From NCBI GenBank assembly GCA_964221795.1, contig CAXQAV010000496.1:1-36431 (forward strand): a DNA stretch of 36,431 nt, read 5' to 3'. The DNA is from Luminiphilus sp. Lineage in GTDB: Bacteria; Pseudomonadota; Alphaproteobacteria; Rhodobacterales; Rhodobacteraceae. This document shows, piece by piece, positions 31,133 to 36,431 of this stretch (position 1 is its first letter; every line of letters begins with the position of its first letter). The notes under the pieces are model-generated. The model saw only the letters and a program-made list of their open reading frames with translations, was not told the DNA's origin and ran no database searches. A program made the translations under genes and the position numbers.

Positions 31133-31158
31133 TTAATAGGGCATTACACTTTGGTTAA
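31133..31158. promoter_or_regulatory. Tandem CtrA-box-like site TTAA-N7-TTAC-N7-TTAA
   Basis: TTAA-tagggca-TTAC-actttgg-TTAA, read directly from the sequence. Confidence 0.65.
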
Positions 31159-31246
31159 TGGGGGAGGTCTCATAACGGCCTTGTAGCGAGTTTTGCGCCA
31201 ACAAAGGCCAAGTAGTCAGTCAAGGCACACTCAGGAGGATACCACC

Positions 31247-31438
31247 TTGCAGACCACTTTGAATGATACCGAGACGACCCAGTCCGAGGAGCAGCAGACA
31301 AGCTGTGACGGGACGCTGATCAACCTGGCCGCGCATCGCCAAATAAAATCTGAGCGTTTTGCAGATGTCGACGATCTGTTAGACAGGCTGACATATGACG
31401 CCGTAAATGTTGCGAGTGGAGGGTGTCGCACTTCCTGA
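31247..31438 (+). CDS. Small acidic hypothetical protein (63 aa)
   Basis: AGGAGG (31233-31238) 8 nt before TTG 31247; MQTTLNDTETTQSEEQ...LINLAAHRQIK... Confidence 0.6.
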   Translation: MQTTLNDTETTQSEEQQTSCDGTLINLAAHRQIKSERFADVDDLLDRLTYDAVNVASGGCRTS

Positions 31439-31489
31439 CAGACGTGCGCTCAGCGCATGTTAGTGAGTGTTGGTACTAAAGGTTGGTTG

Positions 31490-31960
31490 ATGAAGCCGCT
31501 GGTCATTGCCATTTCTGCGATCCTGTTTGCCACTTCTGCTGTCGCAGATGTGTCAGAGCTTTCGCAGTCTGAACTTCGCGCAGCCGTCGCTGCCGACCGT
31601 GCGATCCCCACGCGCTCGCTTGTTGCTGGCGTAGAGAGCTTCACCGGCGGACAAGTTGTCGATATTCGCGCCTTCCTGGAAGACCAGCAAACACTCATCT
31701 TCCGCATCCTGTACCGTGGCCCGAATGGCGAAGTAGAGATGCTGCTTGTCGATGGCGGTACCGGGCGTCAGGTCGCGTCTGCCTCTGACGTTGGACAGGC
31801 GATCGCTGCCTATGTCGGCGCGAACCCTGGCAACAGAAACGCATTCGGTCGCAATGGTCTTGGCAACGGCCGAAACAACGGTAACAATGGCCGCAATGAC
31901 AACCGTGGTGGCAATAGCGGTGGCGGCGGGAATAGCGGTGGCAACGGTCGAGAAAGCTAA
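31490..31960 (+). CDS. Secreted PepSY-like protein with Gly/Asn-rich tail
   Basis: Signal peptide MKPLVIAISAILFATSAVA, PepSY-like GGQVVDI...FRILY..PNGEV..LLVDGGTG, low-complexity GN tail. Confidence 0.75.
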   Translation: MKPLVIAISAILFATSAVADVSELSQSELRAAVAADRAIPTRSLVAGVESFTGGQVVDIRAFLEDQQTLIFRILYRGPNGEVEMLLVDGGTGRQVASASDVGQAIAAYVGANPGNRNAFGRNGLGNGRNNGNNGRNDNRGGNSGGGGNSGGNGRES

Positions 31961-32010
31961 AGTCCCAACTTCGTCAAACTTCTGCCATGCCACCCGTTTA
32001 GCGAAGTGCC

Positions 32011-32673
32011 ATGCGTATTCTGATTGCCGAAGACGAGCCAGTTCTGGCCAACCAAATCAAAACAGTCCTTGCGTCTGAAGGGCTCGCTGTTGATATCGCC
32101 CCTGACGGTGCCGAAGCCCAGTTTCTGGGCGAGACCGAACCCTATGACATGATCATTCTGGACATCGGCCTGCCGATCAAGGACGGGCTGACTGTTCTGA
32201 AAGGCTGGCGCAGCGCTGGTATTGATACACCTGTTCTGCTGCTGACGGCCCGCAATGACTGGACAGACCGTGTGGACGGACTTGATGCAGGTGCCGACGA
32301 TTACGTCGCCAAGCCGTTCCATATGGCCGAGCTTTCGGCACGGGTCCGCGCAATGATCCGGCGCAAGGTCGGTGCGTCGAACCCGGTCTTCACAAAGAAC
32401 GACGTGACCTTCGACAGCCGCACCAATCAGGTGATGGTCGCGGGTATCCCGACCAACCTGACCGCACAGGAAGTCGCTGTCCTGTCCTACCTCTTCCATA
32501 ACTCGGGGCGGCTGGTGTCGCGGACCGAGCTGTCACAGCACATCTACCAATATGACGGTGATCGCGACTCCAACACGATCGCGGTGTTCGTCAACCGGTT
32601 GCGCAAGAAACTCGGCAACGACCTGATCGAGACAGTTCGTGGCCGTGGTTACGTGATCAAAGCCTCTGCATGA
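32011..32673 (+). CDS. OmpR/PhoP-type response regulator
   Basis: MRILIAEDE, LDIGLP phospho-Asp, GADDYVAKPF, winged-helix IETVRGRGY. Confidence 0.96.
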   Translation: MRILIAEDEPVLANQIKTVLASEGLAVDIAPDGAEAQFLGETEPYDMIILDIGLPIKDGLTVLKGWRSAGIDTPVLLLTARNDWTDRVDGLDAGADDYVAKPFHMAELSARVRAMIRRKVGASNPVFTKNDVTFDSRTNQVMVAGIPTNLTAQEVAVLSYLFHNSGRLVSRTELSQHIYQYDGDRDSNTIAVFVNRLRKKLGNDLIETVRGRGYVIKASA

Positions 32674-34037
32674 GGTCGCTACGCGCGCGCGCGGTCACGG
32701 CTGGTATCATCTGGGCCGTTGTTACCATCGTTCTCGGTCTGGCTGGGCTCAGCCAGTATATGAACACGCTCTCTGAAGAGCGCTTTGCCGAGCATTTGCA
32801 GACACGGCATACCCAAGCGGTTGTCGCCGTTGCCAACAACGCGAGTAACCCTGAAAATATCGCCCGTGCTATTGGTGATCCGGTCTATCAGCGTCCCTTT
32901 TCAGGACAGTATTGGCAGATTGAAAACCTTGATGGTGATCTGCTCGTTTCGCAGTCACTCGTTGACGGTCTCTTGCCCTTGGCAGATGAGACCTTCGAGG
33001 GGGTTGTCACACGCACAGTGACCACATCAGATGGCGAGGAATTGCTCTGTATGGGGCAGTGGCTCACCATGGACGATGGTCAAATGTGGTATGTGCAGGC
33101 GGCCTCTTCGCTCGAGGAGTTGCGCGACGAACAGGCGGTCCTCCAACGCAGCCTCTACTCCGCTTTCGCGATTGTCTTGTTCATCGCGGTGATTGGTGCC
33201 CTCCTGCAGGTGACGGCCATGCTGCAGCCGCTCAACACTCTCCGCCGCGATGTTTCGGCGAGATGGGAACATGAAGAAGGGCTCGAGGTGTCGGGCTACC
33301 CTGTCGAAGTCGCGCCATTGGTGAATGACATCAACGGCCTGCTGGAACGTAACCGCGATATCGTCAAAGGGTCGCGCAAGCAGGCCGCCGACCTCGCCCA
33401 TGCCATCAAGACACCCGCCGCCATCATGCGAAACGAGTTGGAAAGCCTGCAGGCGCAGGGCCGTGACGTCGCCGACGCGCTCCAGGCGCTCGACCGTCTG
33501 GATGCGCAGCTCCAGCGCTCGCTGGCACGGATGCGGGCGGACGGAAGTGACGGCGCCGTCGGTGTCGTCACCGATATCGATACCGCGCTCGGGCGTCTGG
33601 AACGTGCCTTTACTGCGCTGGGCCGCAACGCCGACAAATCTTTTAAGGCCGAAATCGAAGCCGGATTGCGCGTCCGCATGGACCAAAGTGATCTGGAAGA
33701 GGTTATCGGCAATCTGCTGGACAACGCGATGAAATGGGCCAAGGGCGCCTTCATTCTCAAGGCAGAACGCGCCGAGGGACCTGCTGTGCTGGTCACCATT
33801 GCGGATGATGGTCCCGGTATTCCCGACGATGAGATGAAAGAGGTTGTCCAAAGCGGCAGACGACTGGACCAGAGCAAGCCGGGCACGGGGCTTGGTCTGG
33901 CGATTGCCTCTGACCTTGTGGATGTCTACGGCGGCATGCTGATGCTCGGTCGGTCAACGGAACTCGGCGGGCTCGCTGTTTACCTGCTCTTGCCCGTTCC
34001 GGGCGGTCCGAAGCTCGCAAAATCCAAGCAGGTCTAG
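32670..34037 (+). CDS. Sensor histidine kinase (PhoQ/FeuQ-like)
   Basis: Two TM segments, ADLAHAIKTP H-box, GNLLDNAMKW N-box, DDGPG and GTGLGL. ATGA overlap with the regulator. Confidence 0.96.
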   Translation: MRSLRARAVTAGIIWAVVTIVLGLAGLSQYMNTLSEERFAEHLQTRHTQAVVAVANNASNPENIARAIGDPVYQRPFSGQYWQIENLDGDLLVSQSLVDGLLPLADETFEGVVTRTVTTSDGEELLCMGQWLTMDDGQMWYVQAASSLEELRDEQAVLQRSLYSAFAIVLFIAVIGALLQVTAMLQPLNTLRRDVSARWEHEEGLEVSGYPVEVAPLVNDINGLLERNRDIVKGSRKQAADLAHAIKTPAAIMRNELESLQAQGRDVADALQALDRLDAQLQRSLARMRADGSDGAVGVVTDIDTALGRLERAFTALGRNADKSFKAEIEAGLRVRMDQSDLEEVIGNLLDNAMKWAKGAFILKAERAEGPAVLVTIADDGPGIPDDEMKEVVQSGRRLDQSKPGTGLGLAIASDLVDVYGGMLMLGRSTELGGLAVYLLLPVPGGPKLAKSKQV

Positions 34038-35023
34038 TCCGACCGTCCGAACAGACCTCGCAACGCGCGGGTGACGAGACTTGTGACCGCAGGCTTTTTC
34101 GCGGCGTGGAATGGCAGCGGCCGGCAGACCTCCATGGCGGCAATCCCGACGCGGGCGGTGAGCGCGCCATTGACGACCCCTTCGCCAAAGCGGCGCGAGA
34201 CCTTGGACAGAACGCCACCCCCTGCAACCGAGCTGATCAGATCATCCCCAACGGCGACAGCTCCTGTCGCCACCAGATGTGAAAGGACCGAGCGCGTCAG
34301 ACGCCAGCTGCCCAGCGTGCCGGATCGCCCGCCGTAAATCTCGGCAATCCGGCGGATCATGCGCAGGTTGGCCGTCAGCGCGGTGAACACATCGGCCAGT
34401 GCCAGTGGCACAATCGCCGTGACGGTGGCGACCTGACGGGCGGCCGCCTCGACCTCCAGACGTGCACGGGCGTCGAGCGGGGCGAGGATCGTCGTCTCCG
34501 CCAGGCCGAGAAGCGCATCGGCATCCAGCAGGTCGGCCTGTCGTTCCTTCAGTGCGGCACGGCCCCAACTGGTATCCTCGCGGCGGGCATAGAGTGCGTC
34601 GACCTCGCCCACCACGCGGCGGGCGATGGACAGGTCCTCTGTCGCGATTGCCTCGCTCGCGTGATGCTGGATGCGGTCCAGCTTCCGCAAACGGCCAAAG
34701 GCGGCCAGTTCGCGCAGGGCGATCACAGCAAGCACCAGCAAAAGCAGCACGGTCAGCACCGTAGCAATACCGCCAAGGATGGGCGAGCGTTCCAGCAAGC
34801 CGATCACATAGTCCCAAGCCGCCAGCGAAACGACAAATCCCGTGAGCGAGACCAGCAACCCCCAGAACCACCGAGCAAGCCGTGACGGACGGCGCGCGGC
34901 AATCGCGGCAACCCTTTGCATCGCGGCGTCCTGCGGCGCCTCGACTTCTGGCACGGCAGGGGCCAGATGCGGCTTTATGCGGGTGTCGTCCTCGAGGCTA
35001 ATCAGAACTGGACCTTTGCTCAT
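34034..35023 (-). CDS. ycjF: YcjF family (UPF0283) membrane protein
   Basis: Two TM helices, TAIVPLALAD, IAEIYGGR and SRRFGEGVVNGALTARVG..AMEVCRPLPF. ATG 35023 overlaps the GNAT stop. Confidence 0.92.
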   Translation of the reverse strand: MSKGPVLISLEDDTRIKPHLAPAVPEVEAPQDAAMQRVAAIAARRPSRLARWFWGLLVSLTGFVVSLAAWDYVIGLLERSPILGGIATVLTVLLLLVLAVIALRELAAFGRLRKLDRIQHHASEAIATEDLSIARRVVGEVDALYARREDTSWGRAALKERQADLLDADALLGLAETTILAPLDARARLEVEAAARQVATVTAIVPLALADVFTALTANLRMIRRIAEIYGGRSGTLGSWRLTRSVLSHLVATGAVAVGDDLISSVAGGGVLSKVSRRFGEGVVNGALTARVGIAAMEVCRPLPFHAAKKPAVTSLVTRALRGLFGRSD

Positions 35024-35451
35024 CGCGCGCTCCATTCGTAACGGATGTCCGGACACCCTTCCTCGTTGTTGCTGCCATCGGTTTCTGCCGTGGCCCGAAA
35101 TCCATTACGTTCATAGAACCGACGTGCCGCGCTGTTCTGCTGAAAACACCAGAGTTTCAAATGTGCGCACTCACTCTGCGCTTTCTGCAAAAGACGACTG
35201 CCGATGCCGTTTCCTCGTGCGGAAGGTGCCAGATAGAGGTGGCTGATCTCCTCACCCTCACGGGACAGAAATCCGCAAGGTTCCGGATTTGCTGCAACCG
35301 TGACCGCCCCCTTCACGATGAGACCCGCGACAAAGGTGCGATCTTCCTCGGTTGTATGCAGGCGGGGCAGATACGGGGCGGTTTCGAAGAAGTCTCCCAG
35401 AATAGCCGCCAAAGGCGCAGCATCCTGAGGGATCGCTGGGCGCAGTATCAT
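35020..35451 (-). CDS. GNAT family N-acetyltransferase
   Basis: LYLAPSARGNGIGSRLL acetyl-CoA motif, NSAARRFYERNGF, DGSNNEEGCPD. Confidence 0.92.
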   Translation of the reverse strand: MILRPAIPQDAAPLAAILGDFFETAPYLPRLHTTEEDRTFVAGLIVKGAVTVAANPEPCGFLSREGEEISHLYLAPSARGNGIGSRLLQKAQSECAHLKLWCFQQNSAARRFYERNGFRATAETDGSNNEEGCPDIRYEWSAR

Positions 35452-36431
35452 AGCCGATCCCCCAGCAAAAACTGCGCAGCTTTGTCCAGCCGGATGTGGG
35501 GCGGTCCGTCACCTGTGCGCCGTGTCAGCGGGGCAGGGGCAAAGCGCATGATGCCATAGTCACCGTCCAGCCATTTGTCCTGTCCGGCCCGTGCGGGTGA
35601 CAAAAGATGCGCCGGATCGGCAGGCAGATCACCGGGGTAGAATGCCGCCTGCTTGCCGGTATCGAGCAACCGTCCGCGTACAACATCCAGCATCGTCCCG
35701 TCATACTCCACCCGATCCTCGACCGTTGTGCGCAGGGCCGCAATCGACATCGCCGCCGTCTGCGCGCCCGCGAAATCCGCGCGGTCCTTTGCCTCGCGCA
35801 GCAGTGCCTCGGTGATCGCGGTCAGTTGGGGGTGCTGACTGTGATGCAGGTGATCGGCCTTGGTCGCGGCGAAAAGGATGCGCTCGACCCGCCGCCCCTG
35901 AAAGATCCGTGTCAGAAAATCGTTCCGCCCGACACGAAAGGCCGCAAGTATGCCCGCCATCGCCCCGCGCAGGTCGTCCAGCGCAGAAGGCCCCGCATGG
36001 ATCGCGCCTAGCACATCCACCAGCACGATCTGGCGGTCGATCTTGGAGAAATGGTCGCGGAAGAAAGGGCGCACAATATTGCGTTTGTAGCTCTCAAAGC
36101 GTCGTTCGAACTCCTGCCCCAATGACCCGCGCGGGTACTTGTCCTCGGACAATGGTGCGAAGGTCAATACAGGGCTGCCGGCCAGATCTCCCGGCAAAAG
36201 GAACCGCCCGGGCGAGCAATCCGAGAAACCCGCCTCGCGCGCCTTGCGCAGATGTTCGGTAAAGCGCTCGGCCAGAACCCCCGCTTCTTCCTCGTTCAGT
36301 TTGGACGTCGGATCGACACCCGCAACCAGAGCCGCATAGTCCGCACCGCCGGGACGCCGTGCCGCGCGGGCTAGCGTGGCGGCAGACCAGTCGGCATAGC
36401 TCATCTCCAGCAATGACAGGTCCAACAGCCA
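35448..36431 (-). CDS. ycjX: YcjX family ATPase, 5' part beyond the window edge
   Basis: PGRFLLPG, FFRDHF..IDRQIVLVD, FAATKADH and PHIRLDKAAQFLLGDRL motifs. Confidence 0.93.
   Translation of the reverse strand, partial: WLLDLSLLEMSYADWSAATLARAARRPGGADYAALVAGVDPTSKLNEEEAGVLAERFTEHLRKAREAGFSDCSPGRFLLPGDLAGSPVLTFAPLSEDKYPRGSLGQEFERRFESYKRNIVRPFFRDHFSKIDRQIVLVDVLGAIHAGPSALDDLRGAMAGILAAFRVGRNDFLTRIFQGRRVERILFAATKADHLHHSQHPQLTAITEALLREAKDRADFAGAQTAAMSIAALRTTVEDRVEYDGTMLDVVRGRLLDTGKQAAFYPGDLPADPAHLLSPARAGQDKWLDGDYGIMRFAPAPLTRRTGDGPPHIRLDKAAQFLLGDRL

Noticed and set aside
30952-31158. 68-aa ORF, including AAGGAGG-ATG near 31032-31046, in the AT-rich divergent gap
   Set aside because: Short, AT-rich, runs into the regulatory boxes and has no recognisable motif. 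The RBS-like sequence is noted but insufficient without conservation data.

Overview
GC-rich alphaproteobacterial chromosome, with gene content and order typical of Rhodobacteraceae/Roseobacter-group bacteria (my inference). Most of it is housekeeping: purH (cut by the left edge), a heparinase II/III-like gene, rsmB-like methyltransferase, DUF1674, the F1 ATP synthase operon atpHAGDC, prs, threonine aldolase, ycgN, ribF, MaoC, a HAD hydrolase, ppaC and ycjX-GNAT-ycjF (cut by the right edge). Small accessory patches lie between these: (i) Wza-like export lipoprotein, RTX Ca-binding protein, galE and a stand-alone DUF2793 gene (a domain found in GTA/phage tail fibres); (ii) a surface lipoprotein gene broken by two 1-nt homopolymer frameshifts, an H-type lectin gene and an amber-interrupted ORF; (iii) an acyl-CoA synthetase/crotonase/FAD-dehydrogenase unit with a palindromic operator, divergent from a small ORF-PepSY-response regulator-histidine kinase unit. 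The strongest unexplained signals are CtrA-like TTAA-N7-TTAA boxes in front of all three patches (one a tandem triple half-site) and several cryptic gene lesions. I saw no tRNA, rRNA, CRISPR array, transposase or integrase. All family assignments come from motif recognition by eye; no database searches were run.
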